Below, in pieces: positions 1 through 12,663 of a stretch of DNA of 64,000 bases. The notes beneath the pieces are model-generated. The model did not search any database, had not been told where the DNA came from, and saw nothing but the letters and a program-made list of their open reading frames with translations. The stretch is from Dicyema japonicum. Lineage: Eukaryota; Animalia; Dicyemida. Made by a program: the position numbers and the translations under genes. The DNA lies in assembly GCA_011109175.1 (NCBI GenBank), contig RDEW01000003.1, forward strand, positions 620,001 through 684,000, written 5' to 3'. Numbering within the stretch: the stretch's first letter is position 1; every line of letters begins with the position of its first letter.

Positions 1-824
1 ATGAGCATGCAAGTATACTCAAATCAAATCGTAGTCATGCAGTGTCTGTTCGAATTTTCAAAAATGTTTTCGCCCGATGTAGTGTCATGCATTGAAATCA
101 GTTCAATCAGTTATCCGTAAATATTAAATACGCTGTTATAGTCCCTGATAAGAACTGTAAGCTGTGCTATTCCAGCAATGTCAACGGTCACTTCAATAGC
201 AACTTAAAAGTGTTCAAATTTTGATAAAGCTGACTTCAACTTTGTTCAAATCATCGCCATTTCATCAATCCGTCCAGCAACAGTGTTTCTGATTGATGAA
301 ATGTCCTTAAATATCTTTGTTTCAACGTGCACATAATATCATTCTTTTTGACATAATTTTTTAATAAAATTTTTTCCTCTGTAAGTATGCTACCCATGGC
401 GATGATTCGGCTAGTTCATAGCTTGCAGTAACAGAAGCGACATTGGCTTACTATATTTTTGTAAAATTGCCCATTGCCATGCCATTTTGCTATCAATTCT
501 TTGAGTCTTGAAACAAGCATCATTTCATCATATTCATCGCAAGATCGAGGGTTGTACTCTTTGGTGTTGCAATGCTAACTCTTTTGGTGTGGCAATGCTG
601 TTGGAAACTAAAAGTTGTATAAAACATTTTACAAAAGTGCTCCTCCAAACAGAAGGAAGGACGCTCCTAGTAGGACAGCACCGTTGTTCTGGGCGAGAGT
701 AAAGTTTAAGCACGTGAACGTCTTCTGACCAAGTAGAAAGCTCATAAGCGCTGCCTGTCATTCTAACGCCGATGAAAGAAATCAACTGCTTTTCTCTGAT
801 AGTCTCATTTAAGTCTGCTTCCAA
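1..824 (-). mobile_element. Degenerate hAT transposase remnant (GTF2IRD2/SPIN/Buster-like)
   Basis: Minus-strand translation gives FKDISxxRNTVAGRIDEM...DIAGIAQL...ISMHDTT-like segments, matching the LSRNTV.RRI / D...AQL / SMH.TT motifs of GTF2IRD2-type hAT transposases. Frameshifted; runs off the left edge. Confidence 0.65.
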
Positions 825-1413
825 ACACTAATATGATTTCAAACTTTAAAGATTACTAATTCTGATAATGTTCTAAAAAATAAAAAATTATAACTTTTTT
901 TCTAAAACAAGCGAAATAATTAGTCTTTTCCGATTGTGTTTCCTCATTAATTACATTTCTTTAATCTCTTTAGATAAATTGAGTCATCTGCTGATGCTCC
1001 AAACAATAATATAGAAGAAGGTCGTTATATCACATCGAATAGTTTAATAAAATGTACTCCCACATTACCCATATTTAGGGATCTGTTTGTGCCGCTGTCT
1101 TCCTATTCGTTCAATCAATTTTCTCAATGTAACTTTCCTCCACGGTTCATCCATGAATCGATGCATAAGGTCACCTGTTTAGAGTTTGGAGACAGTCGTC
1201 TGACGTTGAAAGTTGTGATTATAAAAGGGTAGAATAGACAGAAATTACGATAAAGAGATAGACATTATTAGAAACGTGTTAACCACTAACTTATGTATGA
1301 GGTTAGCTGTTTAGAAAATTACAAATTGTGTAAAATTAAATTAATTAAAATAAAAAATATTAAAATATTTGAACATACAAATTTATTATTTTATTTTGGT
1401 TGCCATAAATTTT

Positions 1414-2200
1414 GTTTCTGAAGATGTTGAAATTCTTCATCACGTTCTCAAGAACTTACCAAATGTCTTTTCTAAATGGTTCTTAGTTGTCAACCAAGAC
1501 AAAACTGAATATACAAAATTTGTACGAGTTGTACGCACTTACGATGAATTATGGAGAAGGCATAAAAAAGTTGGTTCACTACTCGGAGACTCAGAAGATG
1601 TTACCCACAGAAAAATCCTTTCCACTGCTGCGTATAAAAAAATCTTAACTATCTGGCGTTCTAAGAAGAGCATAACTACGAATACAAAGCTAAAATTGTA
1701 TAAAACATTCGTAGTTCCAGTCCTGTGGACATGTGGGATTACGAAACGGGAATGGACAATCTGGATCAATTTCATAGAAACCAACTAAGAAACATCTTGA
1801 GAATACATTTCCCGAAAAAGATATCAAATTCAGAACTGTACAAAAGATGTGGCTTAAGGCCATTATCAGAGGAGATTCTCAAGGCTAGGTGGAGACTTTT
1901 TGGTCACATCTTACGAATGGATATGTTGACTCCACCAAACATTGCAATGGAGAACTATTTCGCACAACTGAAGGGATCATTCTGTGGCAGGCCTAGAGTG
2001 ACGTTTCCTTCAGTACTAAATGATGACCTAATCCGAATAAACAAAACTCTACGAAATGGTGAAAATCTTTACTCACTACGAGCAATGGCCCGGAACAGGG
2101 GAACATGGAAGAAGATGTGTGGGAGGATACTGGAAGTGGCACAAGGGAAACTTAATTAATCTAATTAATTTTTATTTCCCGCGAGTGCTTAAAAAATGAA
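1414..2200 (+). mobile_element. 5'-truncated RTE-clade LINE (RT C-terminus and 3' end)
   Basis: ORFs 1369-1788 and 1725-2159 (HVLKNLPNVFSKWFLVVNQDKTE...KKVGSLLGDSEDV...RWRLFGHILRM...GRPRVT) are homologous to the RTE at 59914-62553. Possible low-complexity TSD ataaatttt at 1405-1413 and 2201-2209. Confidence 0.85.
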
Positions 2201-2432
2201 ATAAATTTTTAATTTAATTCTATTTTATCAGATAAAAGCTGACAGTTAATATTTGTCTGATTATTTACCAGAAATCACATGACATGCAGTTTTAAGAAAA
2301 CCCACGTCGTAATATCGTTTTTAAGGTACTCTTATTAGAAAACCATTATTCGATTTACCACCCACGAAGACTCTTAAAAACAAACTCACAAAATCATAAA
2401 TTTCAACATAAATCAAGTCCAGATGACTCCCA

Positions 2433-2915
2433 TCAATAAACAACATTCCCAACAGTCCTGTATTTATCTAAAATTGCAAATACCAGGCAAACCACTGAAA
2501 AATTTGATCCAATCGTCCAGTGTCGTCAACTCATCCTCTGATAAATCTTCCAAGGGGTCGAAATGGTCAGTTTTGTGATCTAAGTTCGAAGTGGCAAGAG
2601 CACGTGCAATCTCTCGTCCTGCAAAGCAATGGTAGGGACCTCCTAAACAAGTTAACCACGAAAAATACCTTTTCCGTAAAATTGTGGCTTTTCTGTGACA
2701 TCATAAACTATTCCTTTAATTGAGATCAAAATCCGTGGATCGGTGTTTCCGTCGAATAGTTTTAGCTCATCCAAGGAGAGATCTCCCTTCGTGAAACATA
2801 AGTTCATGCTCCCTCGATTTATTGTGACCTCTGTCTTCTCCATTGGCATATAATAAGAGAGGATTATGTAGAAAACGAGCAAGAACACGAGGCAGAAAAC
2901 GAGAGCTAACAGCAT
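2433..2915 (-). CDS. PGRMC1: Membrane-associated progesterone receptor (MAPR/PGRMC) family cytochrome b5-like protein, 3 exons
   Basis: Exons 2915-2669, 2642-2493 and 2467-2433; introns of 26 and 25 nt (GT-AG). Spliced product has an N-terminal TM segment then LSLDELKLFDGN..ILISIKGIVYDVT..FYGKGGPYHCFAGREIARALA...LEDLSEDELTTLDDWIKFFSDKYRTVGNVVY*. The exact paralogue is uncertain. Confidence 0.9.
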
Positions 2916-3379
2916 TGGTGATAATTCTTTTGACTTTTTTTAAATACCAATACAAATTTAAAATAAATTTAAATAAATTATTATTATATTTATTTTCACT
3001 TTGTATGCCAGAGTTTACCATCTGAGTCTCTGATTGTCTTTCAAATTTGGCTGCGTGGCTTCATGTGGTGATATGTGGCTAGTTAGTCAAAAATTATTTG
3101 CATTCCCTCCGATGGTGTCATTGGATCGATTTTACTGAGGAGACACCCAATTCCTGGCTGGCATCAAGAGGATCCAACTATTCTTTCCCCGTAGTACAAT
3201 GTCGTCACCTAGAGAGAAGTTCTGGACAGCTGGAACTTGTCATGATCAAGGAGTTAGTTAGTTTGGTTACCATTGGTCTTTGGAATAAGTTTAATTTATT
3301 TTTGAGGGAATGTTGAATACAGGAGAGGAATAAATAATAATAAAGAAAATGTCTAAACCTCGTTATAAATATATTCTTT

Positions 3380-3780
3380 GATTATAAAACCAGGTAGTTT
3401 TGTGGTTTAGATTTCACATTATAACAATGATAATGGGCTCAGTTCCTTTCATGAGCTACGCATAGAAAGTTTCTCTTCGATCCTCAGGTATCGTTCATTA
3501 TTCGTATTAAGTGAATTTGTGATCCATCTGACTCAATTGAGTCTCAGTGCGAGGATAGAACGAAAAATAATTATTTTTTCATTAACAAACATTTTTCAAT
3601 ACGAAACGCACCACCGTGTTTGATAGGAGTATCCGCATTAGGGTGACCGAGTCTTGATCTTGGGAACTTTCCAGCAGTTCAATAAATTTCATTGACAGAC
3701 AGTGTCGAAAAGTCTAGTGAGATCAATTCCAAGAAGTCTTTGAACTTTGAAATCTTTGCTGAATAGCATAATGCCCAATT
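3380..3780 (-). pseudogene. Degenerate RTE reverse-transcriptase fragment
   Basis: Minus strand reads LLGIDLTRLFDTV..KFIELLES..DSVTLMRILLSNT, homologous to ILGIDMSRAFDSV...VKIIHLLMRNT in the 59914-62553 ORF. Confidence 0.6.
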
Positions 3781-4599
3781 TATTAATGAAGCTATCTTTA
3801 TCTCATTGCCCTAGTTTAGTTACGTTTTTAAAACATTCAGTATCTTTTTATAGAGATTTAGGATACTTGTGTATTCTAATCTGCAAAATAGCTTATCATT
3901 TCGTTAAGAAAATCCCAATCGCATTGCAAACATAAGGGCTTAGTGGTTCTGAATTTTGAATGAAATCAAAAAAATAACAGTTTTTTACTTTATACTAGGT
4001 TCACTTAACCTACAAAAAAGTTAATATTTAATAATCAACAACTTTCTTCGACTGCTTGCACGCTAGACTTCTCAAGCAGGTTCGAATCTGGCTGCTGAAA
4101 CAGCTCCGAGAGCTCTTGTCCAATTGAGTTTTCTACTCATGTGGCATCTCCGGGCTCTCCCTCCGAGACTCCAGTATCAGGCTCTCTAGGGTCCGCTTTA
4201 AAACAGTGGACTTTAAATAGGCTCCTATCTCCCCCTCTCTGTTATAGATATCCCATGTGGTACTTTGTTACAATTCCTTACAAATCATGAATATTGTAAC
4301 AACGAGGACTTGCCACCAATCATCTACCCCATCTCGTTTGAAGCAAGTCATAATTCCTTTTTCCACCTCCACAGTCTGCAAACGGTCTTGAGACGTAATG
4401 TCAAATTCTATGATTAGCAATTGTCCAGACTATATATCGTGTACCATAATGTCCGGTTTATTGTTTGACTATAACGAAGTCAGATAAACTGCTACCTTGA
4501 TCTGGAGCCTGGTGTTCTCCACTACAGATTGCAAGAGTTCGCAACTTTCTTGTGTCATATGAATTTACCTCTTTGACCTCTGCTGACGATGTGTGGATT

Positions 4600-6800
4600 A
4601 CCATTAAGGGAATGTATTCCAAGACTCTAATTAATTGTGCGGACCGTATCAGCCAGTTTTTTATGACTATCCGAAATCTATTTTAGTTGGAGATCTTAAT
4701 TCTAAACATTTTGCTTTTAGGTACGTCCAATCAGGATGGACGAAGATTGACACATTTATCCGATTCTCTTGGCTTCGAGGTTTTGAAATCCAAGGAATCA
4801 CATTATTCGTATACATGTGGTCATAAACTTGGTGTTTTTCTGGTGTCTTCATCTCTTATTGCGCATGTGGATACTCCTACTATTCTTCGAGATTTCGGAA
4901 GCGCCCAGATTCCAGAAAGTCTCATGTGTTAATCTAAAATCGGACATGTATTGAGGGGGCTTTATGAAATTTGATACTAATAATGTCAATTGGAGTCATA
5001 ACAGGACTTTTATAAACTTTCTTCTTTATCGACGTCTATGAGGTTGCCCGATGATGTGGACTATGTTAGCGCAATCATTGTGAGTGCTATGGAAGAGTAT
5101 TTACATTATTTTGCGAGACCTGTTTTCTCTGGAGATCCTAACGCTGCTGTCCCTACCGATATCAAGAGGGAAATTTCAGAACGAAAGTTAAGACGCTGTC
5201 TGTATTATGTGGACCGATAATTTCTAAAGAGAAGAATACGAGTTACTCAGAAAACTATAGATTTCTTATTTAAAAAAGAAGTCAATAAAAATGGAAGCAT
5301 GAAGGTTTGACACCAAGATCACAACATTCTGTAAGTCTTATCGAAGCAGCACCACATGGCGCCACGCGGCTAATTTAAAATCCAGAGTGCCGAGATAAAT
5401 CTCCTGGAATGGAATGGACGGGATACACCTAAAGTTCCGGATTACCTTTTTGAGCTCCTCCGTTACATATTTGGAGCAAGTCTTAATATGGGATATATAC
5501 CTCATTATTCGGATGATCCCAAAACCAGGAAAATCGAGGACGGTTCCATTGGGCTATAGACCAATTAGTCTAATAAACTTAATTTCAAAAATCATGGAGA
5601 TGCGATTTATGAAAGACCTACGCGCCACATCGAATCACAGAATTTTCTCAACAAGGAACAACGAAGCTTTCGTCCAGGGAGATCACGTGGAAATTATTTT
5701 TCTTTTTGAACGCTGCGATTGAGAAGGCCAGGAACTTCAAATATCAACTGAGTGTCGTCTGCCTGGTATCTGGAATGACGCACTGTTTTGTCAGCTAGTC
5801 GCAGCTGGAATCCCAAAACTTTTACTTGATTTGTTGTGAAATCTTCTGAAAGGGAGAAGATCTTTTGTGAGATAGAGGATTTACTTCTGAAGAGATTGTT
5901 TTGAAGAGGGAAGTGCCACTAACTTGATAATATACGCGGACGACGTACAGATCAGACATCTCGAAGTCAGGTAGTGTCGGAGGGAAGATTACGTGGATTT
6001 TTGGAAAAATTTCTCTGGTGGTGTAAATCCCGTAGCTTAAGTCTCTGAATAGAAATGTCAAAATCCATGAAAATTTCACATATAGAAAGGTTTTTTCAAC
6101 AAGGAGTTCACACATATTGGTATCAGCAATGTTGATCATTTGTGTTATTTGCGTGTCTGTTTTGGATGTAAAGGAGATTATGTTGAAGTACCTAACTGAA
6201 GAAAAAGGCTTACCAAGTTTTTCTGTGTCTACGAAAACTCGATTTGAAGAAGGAGACGTTTATCTTTATTTTTGAAAGAATTATTCTGACCTCTCTCGTC
6301 TACGGATGAAGGATGGTATTTTTTGCCTAAAATAAAAGAATAGTTAATCAATTGGACAAGACGAGGAGGATGGCAATCAAGTTGGCCCTTTCGTAAAAGG
6401 GGTGAAGTGCCACTAGAAGAGAAGAGGAAACCTAATCAAATCAGTAAGTAGTGTGGTAGTGGAACGGATCGAGGATATTCTCCTGAGGACCAAAGTGGAT
6501 GACACGTTCATTCATAAGACACTGTGAACTGTGAAAGAATCCTGGCCTCACGGCAGGATTTTTAATAACGTAATCCCCCATTACTATCTTTATGTCTTTG
6601 TCTTTAATGAAAAAATCGTAAGTTACGGTGGAGGGAATTAGACTTAGAAAGAAAAAAACCCTCCAGGCTCTTACGTACAACTTCATTTCAATGTAGAGAC
6701 GTATCTCTTCACCTTTCGGAAAATTATATTCGAATAAGGAAAGATCTAATTGGGGATGACATGGAGATCGGTTATCAAGATAGTTATAGAATAGTGGCTT
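4600..6800 (+). mobile_element. Highly degenerate APE+RT LINE
   Basis: ILVGDLNSKH (APE, ~4680), MIPKPGK...YRPISLINLISKIME (~5510) and IIYADDV (~5930). Many stops and frameshifts. Confidence 0.7.
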
Positions 6801-7397
6801 GGTGATGGTCTGACCGAGGAGCGGATAGGATTTTAAAGCCAATTAGATGAGTGCTGAAGGAAATGATTAATGCTTTTTTGAGAATTAAAATCAGGTACTC
6901 ATAAGTACCAATGAGATATACATAAAAGACAAGGCTAGAGTAGTGTGAGTTCAACCTAAGCTGATATGGGTATTTGAAAAGATTAATAGCTGTCGAGTTA
7001 AGAACATATAACAAAATCTAGATAGAATTAATATGACAAAATCTAGTTAGCTCTGTTTTTCAGAAATCTACTCTCTTCAGTCTTTATGTTTTGAGATTCC
7101 GTAGACTATCCGCATTAGCATTGCAACTCCTACAGTCGTTGTTTCTGAACACATCAAACTAAAATCACTCAGCGAAACAGGAACATATTGACCTAATATG
7201 ACTTAAAAATATTAAATCGACATATTTTTGCTAAAAATATTTCTACTTTAATACCAAAAAAACCAAGTAACCTCACCCCAAAAACTAAGCGAAAGTATTG
7301 ATCTCATTTTCATAGACAATTTAAGAAGGCGAATAGTTTCTGAAATATACGTGTTTCTGAATATACGTGTGAGCTATCTTAAATTCAAATAATCATT

Positions 7398-9215
7398 CAA
7401 TGATAAATTGGTTGAGGGAAGTTAGGTGGTAGAAGTTGAATAACCCCTTCTAAATCCATGTTGTGAGGACGAAAAAGGAAGGGACAGGGTTATAAGGTTA
7501 AGAATCATTTTTTCCAATAACTTTGATAAGGTGCATAGTAAAGAGATTGGTCAAAACGATGCAGGATTGTTTTTAGGCTTCACAGGCTTAAGGATTGGCC
7601 GTATATAGGACGGTTTCCAGATAGTTGGAATTGTATTCATGTTTATTGAATAGTTGAAAATCACTGTGATTGCATCAATCGCAATAGGTCCAAGGTGTCT
7701 TAGTAAAATACCAGGGATAGAATCTGGCCAACACGAGAGAGAGAATTCATCTTCTTCAAACCCTTACTGACATCTGAATGAGAGATAAAGTTAATCGACT
7801 GTGTTCTCTTCGGTCTTATTGAGGATAAAGAAGGCCCATCCATTTTCCTGAAAGGTTTGTGGTTTAAATTTCATGAGCTTGTTAAGACTGTGCTGATCCG
7901 TCTGTTGTCTTTTAAAATTTCTTCTTGGGCCGAACTGTTTAATTTCTCTCCATATCGTCTGAGCAGATTTCTGAAATGGAAGGGAAGATACTAGTTTGTC
8001 CCATTTGTTGCTTCAGCTTTTCTAATTCTTTTTGATATTTCGTCATTGAGAGTCTTTGTTCGATTTTTCTGTCCGGGAAAGAAGGTACGTGTCTTTTTAG
8101 GCGGTTCCTTTCTTTAATTAATGATTTAGTGTTCTGATCGAGTTTTTCATTGTAGAATTTAAATGATCCACGTGGGATGAATGTTCTCCGCGCCATGAGA
8201 ATAATTTTGTAAAAGTCTATAGCTTCATATATTAATAGAAATATCATGTCAAAGTTTAGTAGAGGTAGATCGATGTATTTTGAATATTCATTCAAATTCA
8301 CTTTTTTATAGTTGAAAAATGAAACAGTCTCTTTCTGTGGTAAAGAACTTTTTTGATGAGAATAATGATGGGAGTGTGGTCGAAAGATATTCCATTATGT
8401 ACCGTCCAAGATGTGATCTGTGCAAGGTTTTGAGAGCAGAAGGTAATATCTGGGGATGTTGAAGCTTCGTTTTCCTTGTAAGGAGTCCTAGTGTGCTTCC
8501 TGGGTTGTTGAGGATAGTCAGAGAGGTGAGCTGGTTTATTAAGGACAATCTTCTTGAGTCTGCTGGCTGTAATTATAACCAGGTCGGATGTTTAGCATTG
8601 AAATCTCCACACAATATCAGGTTTCCGAGCTTGTTTAACTTGGTTAGGTTTAGAGAGAATCTTTTTGGGCAAGATGGAAGAGGACGTAGATGTTTGTAAT
8701 GTTGAGAGTCCCGAATCCACTTGTAATTGATATCCCAGATATTTCCGTGGTCCCATCGTTTATTAGTGATTGTAGTTTCGCTGAGATGTCCGTAAATCGA
8801 ATGTTATCTCTTATAATGATAAGGAGACCCCCACCACGACGGTTTGAGCGGTCCAGGTGGACGCAGTGGTATCCTGGAAATGCAGGGTAGATGATGATGG
8901 AGTAAGTCAGCTTTCTTGAAGTAAAATCAGGTCAATGTTCTGTTCTTTAATGAAAGACCGTAGTTCGAGAATTTTGCTTTTGATTCCGTTGATGTTTATC
9001 TGCAGAATTGAGAGTAGAGGGCCTGGATTAAGTTCAATGTCACGGCGAGAATTATCAGGAACCCATTTAGCCGAGGAGGATTAAGAAAGGGAAGAGGCCG
9101 TCGTCCGAAGAGTCCTTCTTCGGATGGGAGGTAGTTAATGGTCCTTTTCCGCTGTGCATTAAGTGCACCCTGAGCGCCTCCAAGATCTTTCATAACTGGT
9201 AGACCACATGACGCA
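7398..9215 (-). mobile_element. Ingi/Vingi-like LINE, 5' half: leader, 2A-like motif, APE, start of RT
   Basis: Short leader ORF, then DIELNPGP (9041-9018), LSILQININGIKSKILELR...LQES (APE), and RT N-terminus SCWPDSIPGILLRHLGPIA...IRPILKP. The RT part is highly similar to 38330-38830. Clade assignment is inferred from the single-ORF 2A-APE-RT layout. Confidence 0.8.
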
Positions 9216-10455
9216 CGTTTTAATTACAAAATTCTATTGAAATATTTGTTACAATCTTGTTAGCTACTGGCATCCTCATTTGAAAAGTCCTGGAGTAAAT
9301 AAAGTGACTTCTTCCAGTTCTTTACAAATATTTTGCTTTCTTTAGGATAGATTTCCAAAATTCCAAGAACTTATCACGTGGAGATTTGAACGAGAAAGGT
9401 CAACTGGTGGAAACTTTTAAAATCTCGATAACAGTAATTTTAAAAGTTCAATTAATGAATTAAGAACGCCATGGAGTATTTCGAGATTTAACCCCTGTTT
9501 TTACTAACAAATAGGCTCCCAGTTTAATTAGTCTCTTGTTAGTAACGAGTTTGCTAGGCACATAAAATTCTCTGTCTGTCATAAATATCGACTTTATTGA
9601 TAGTATTCAACCTGCACTCATTCACAACAGGTAAATAAATAAAAATAAACAGGAGTAAAAAACGAAATTGGACGCCTAAAGAGATCAGTCAGAAGGATCT
9701 GAAGTGTCAGGGAAAATGAAAAAGTACGAGGACAGAAAAGCCCGTCTTATGGTCTTAATCTCCTTCCCTAATTTCCAAAGAATCACTTATCTTGATTACA
9801 TGAAGTCTAATTTCAGAAAGACATCAAATATGCCACGATCCGTTGGTGTGCCGATGCCGTTGGTGACCACTGACTGCAACCAAATTTACTAAATATTGGT
9901 AGATTAGTTAATTAATACTAATGGAATACGTGTCTATGGTATCTCATCAGTAAGAAATTTAAATTATTTATTAACATTAATTTTATTTTATATAAGGAAA
10001 AAGAATAGTTAATTTTAATTATTCAGCTGTTGGGAGATGCATAAGCTATTCCCACGGACAACAGCCAACAAGAGCCTCTCCTTGAGCCATCTCGTCTCAC
10101 GAAGATCACCAGTTTTGTCGGATAGTAGTTTTCCAAGATGATTCAGGAACTTCAGCGTTTTAGGGCCAAAGTTCCCCGAAGTTTCAATCGCGACAGGTGC
10201 GAAAATGTACCTGTCGCTGATATCCGAATACTTAGCATTTTTCATTTCCTCTGCTTGAGAAGAAGGTCTGCCCGGTGAATTTTTTTTTGCTTGGGGCGAA
10301 AGAGCAGACACAGGTCACATCCCATACAAGGTTTCGCCCTCGCTCGAAAGGAAAGGAGGTCATGCCGTCAGGGCGTCTTCCGTTGTCAAATAGACCAGTC
10401 GGTTCGATCCGGCAACGGAATCCAGCCGATTCTAATGCCCTCTTAATGATGCCGT

Positions 10456-12651
10456 TCATTGCCGAATGTCGAGAAGATCTGCCAATTCCGCTCCGGCATG
10501 AGAGGAGGTGGAGACCCAGTTCGTCCGATAGACAGCCACATTTGCACTTCGATTTGGTGCAAACAGGCAATCCGAGGTGTAGACATACAGCTGTACGAAG
10601 GAGTCATCATCCAACAATCCACCAACTTCTTGACATGGGTAAACCCCAAGCCAAGATCCATCAACCGCCTCCCTCGAATTTTGGAAACAGTCCAGGCGAT
10701 GTCCAGAGAGCCGGCTGACTAGGTTGGATGCCAGAGCATTCCATCTATGGATCATCCAAGACGATTGTTGGTCTGGATTACGCGGCTCGCTAAGCCCTTC
10801 ACTCCGCCACACGTCCATGTATTCAACCAAGTCATTGGACAGTTTCCGAGATGGAAGCTTTGAAAGAATTGAGTCCACTTGGTTTTTGCATGAAAGTTTT
10901 GAGGCAAAATACGCCGGGCCAGCAATTTGGCAGGGAGTAGTAAGACCGATTCCACCCAATGATATCGGTAATTGAGTCTGTATCCATCCAGGGGTGTCAA
11001 GGGAAACGTTAAGTACGAATTCAGTACATCTTTTGAGGCAATCAGAGTATTCCATTAAAAGGGAATCACACTTATAACATGGTGCAGTCCTTAGTAAATA
11101 GTTTAATCTTGGAATGGACAAGCAGTTTCTCAATAGGAAGAGGGCAATATGGTTGTCAACATGCCGCAAACGGGTCTCAAAAGTACCGAGCTCTATTGTC
11201 CTTTCTTTAAACACGTCCACAATTCGGTCTTCGAATATAGGAGAACCAAGGAACAGAGACTCCCCAACTGGAACCGATGCATAATTTTCGAGAGTGTATT
11301 TAAACTGGTCATTGTAGAAAGTAGTCAGATCGGGACTCAAATTGATCTTGATTAATTCACATTTGGCCTTGTTGACAGAAAGGCCAATCGCTTCGAATTC
11401 AGATATCAAACGACGCACGTCCTCCAAAACTGTATCTGGATGTCCACCAATGATTCCGTCATCCAAATACCATAAATTTAAAGGTGATTTTAAGCATGCG
11501 GCTACTCCATGGATCCCCAAAGCAAAGAGAAGAGGTCCAAGTGGGTCGCCTTGTTGAACACCAGTTCGTGATTTAATGATGGCATCGTGGAAAACCAATG
11601 ATGATGGATTAGAATATGAAAGGCGAACAATCTCCCAAATATGTGGTAAATTTTTTTGGCATAACTCCAATAAATGATCTCTCCTTATGGAATTAAATGC
11701 GTTCTTAAGATCTACTTTGCAGACAACAACGTCCTCTTTGCATTGGGACGACGACGTGAAAAAACTCCTCACTGCGTGGACACAAGCCTCTGCACCGCCA
11801 CGAACTCCAACGCCCATCTGTATAGGACTGAAACTAGGAAGTAATCTTTGAACCCCAGAAAAGCAAGCGACTTTAGCTGCAAGTCTCCTAAACACGTTTC
11901 CAATAGCAATCGGTCTGACACCGCCGTCAGGCTTTCGGAGAGCAACAAGATTAGCAGAAAATAACATATCTCGACCGAAAGGAGACAAACATCCAGAAAG
12001 AATTTTGTTGATCAGTTCGCAAATAACGTTCGAAAGATCCTTTCCGACAGATCCCATCATTGGAGCTGTGAGATCACGTAGGTGACCGGGTCTCAAGCCA
12101 TCGATACCACCTCCACTACTAGGACGAAATGAACGCAGGGAGGTGATTATATCTTCGTTAGAGGCGAGCAATTGTTCCTCGTGGAAAGGTTTTATAGTTC
12201 TCAAGTCTTCGGGGGATCCGGGGTGTTTTTCTCGTAAAGACAGGAGCGTTTCAGGGATGTTTTTAAGTGTCCCAGGATCACAAACTAATAGCCGTACAGC
12301 ACCACGAATATCGCCTTCCATAAGTTTCATCCTGATTAGTTTCTTTATTAAGCGAAGTTCCTCCGTTTTCGGACGCTTTGAACTCCGGGGTGCAATTTGA
12401 GTTGATTTTAAAGCAGTAAGTGACATTTTATGTTCATTTAGAAACAGTCTAACTCTCTTTTTGATATTCGTTGCGAGAGAAGTGGATGCTTCCGTTGGTC
12501 TTCTGATCCCAAGAGTGAGTGACGGGAAAAGGAAAAATTTGACCCATTCCGAAGAAACGGCGTCAGGCTTCAAAACATCCTTGATGGTGGAGATCAGAGC
12601 CTCGGCAACAGCAGTTCTCACACCTTTGGGAATCTTCACAGGAATGGTCAC
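10456..12651 (-). CDS. CRE-clade reverse transcriptase ORF (731 aa as assembled; true C-terminus continues via two frameshifts to 10015)
   Basis: RT motifs: KPDGGVRPIAIGNVFRRL, KVDLKNAFNSI, QQGDPLGPLLF, YLDDG. Confidence 0.9.
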   Translation of the reverse strand: MTIPVKIPKGVRTAVAEALISTIKDVLKPDAVSSEWVKFFLFPSLTLGIRRPTEASTSLATNIKKRVRLFLNEHKMSLTALKSTQIAPRSSKRPKTEELRLIKKLIRMKLMEGDIRGAVRLLVCDPGTLKNIPETLLSLREKHPGSPEDLRTIKPFHEEQLLASNEDIITSLRSFRPSSGGGIDGLRPGHLRDLTAPMMGSVGKDLSNVICELINKILSGCLSPFGRDMLFSANLVALRKPDGGVRPIAIGNVFRRLAAKVACFSGVQRLLPSFSPIQMGVGVRGGAEACVHAVRSFFTSSSQCKEDVVVCKVDLKNAFNSIRRDHLLELCQKNLPHIWEIVRLSYSNPSSLVFHDAIIKSRTGVQQGDPLGPLLFALGIHGVAACLKSPLNLWYLDDGIIGGHPDTVLEDVRRLISEFEAIGLSVNKAKCELIKINLSPDLTTFYNDQFKYTLENYASVPVGESLFLGSPIFEDRIVDVFKERTIELGTFETRLRHVDNHIALFLLRNCLSIPRLNYLLRTAPCYKCDSLLMEYSDCLKRCTEFVLNVSLDTPGWIQTQLPISLGGIGLTTPCQIAGPAYFASKLSCKNQVDSILSKLPSRKLSNDLVEYMDVWRSEGLSEPRNPDQQSSWMIHRWNALASNLVSRLSGHRLDCFQNSREAVDGSWLGVYPCQEVGGLLDDDSFVQLYVYTSDCLFAPNRSANVAVYRTNWVSTSSHAGAELADLLDIRQ

Positions 12652-12663
12652 GTCCGAGCGCGT

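Noticed and set aside
3020-3316. Small gene upstream of PGRMC
   Set aside because: Candidate 22-nt introns exist, but no start-to-stop model or recognisable motif emerged.
5822-7014. Minus-strand ORFs 5822-6139, 6441-6842 and 6784-7014 as host genes
   Set aside because: No recognisable motifs. The first two are largely antisense to the degenerate plus-strand LINE (YADD at ~5930).
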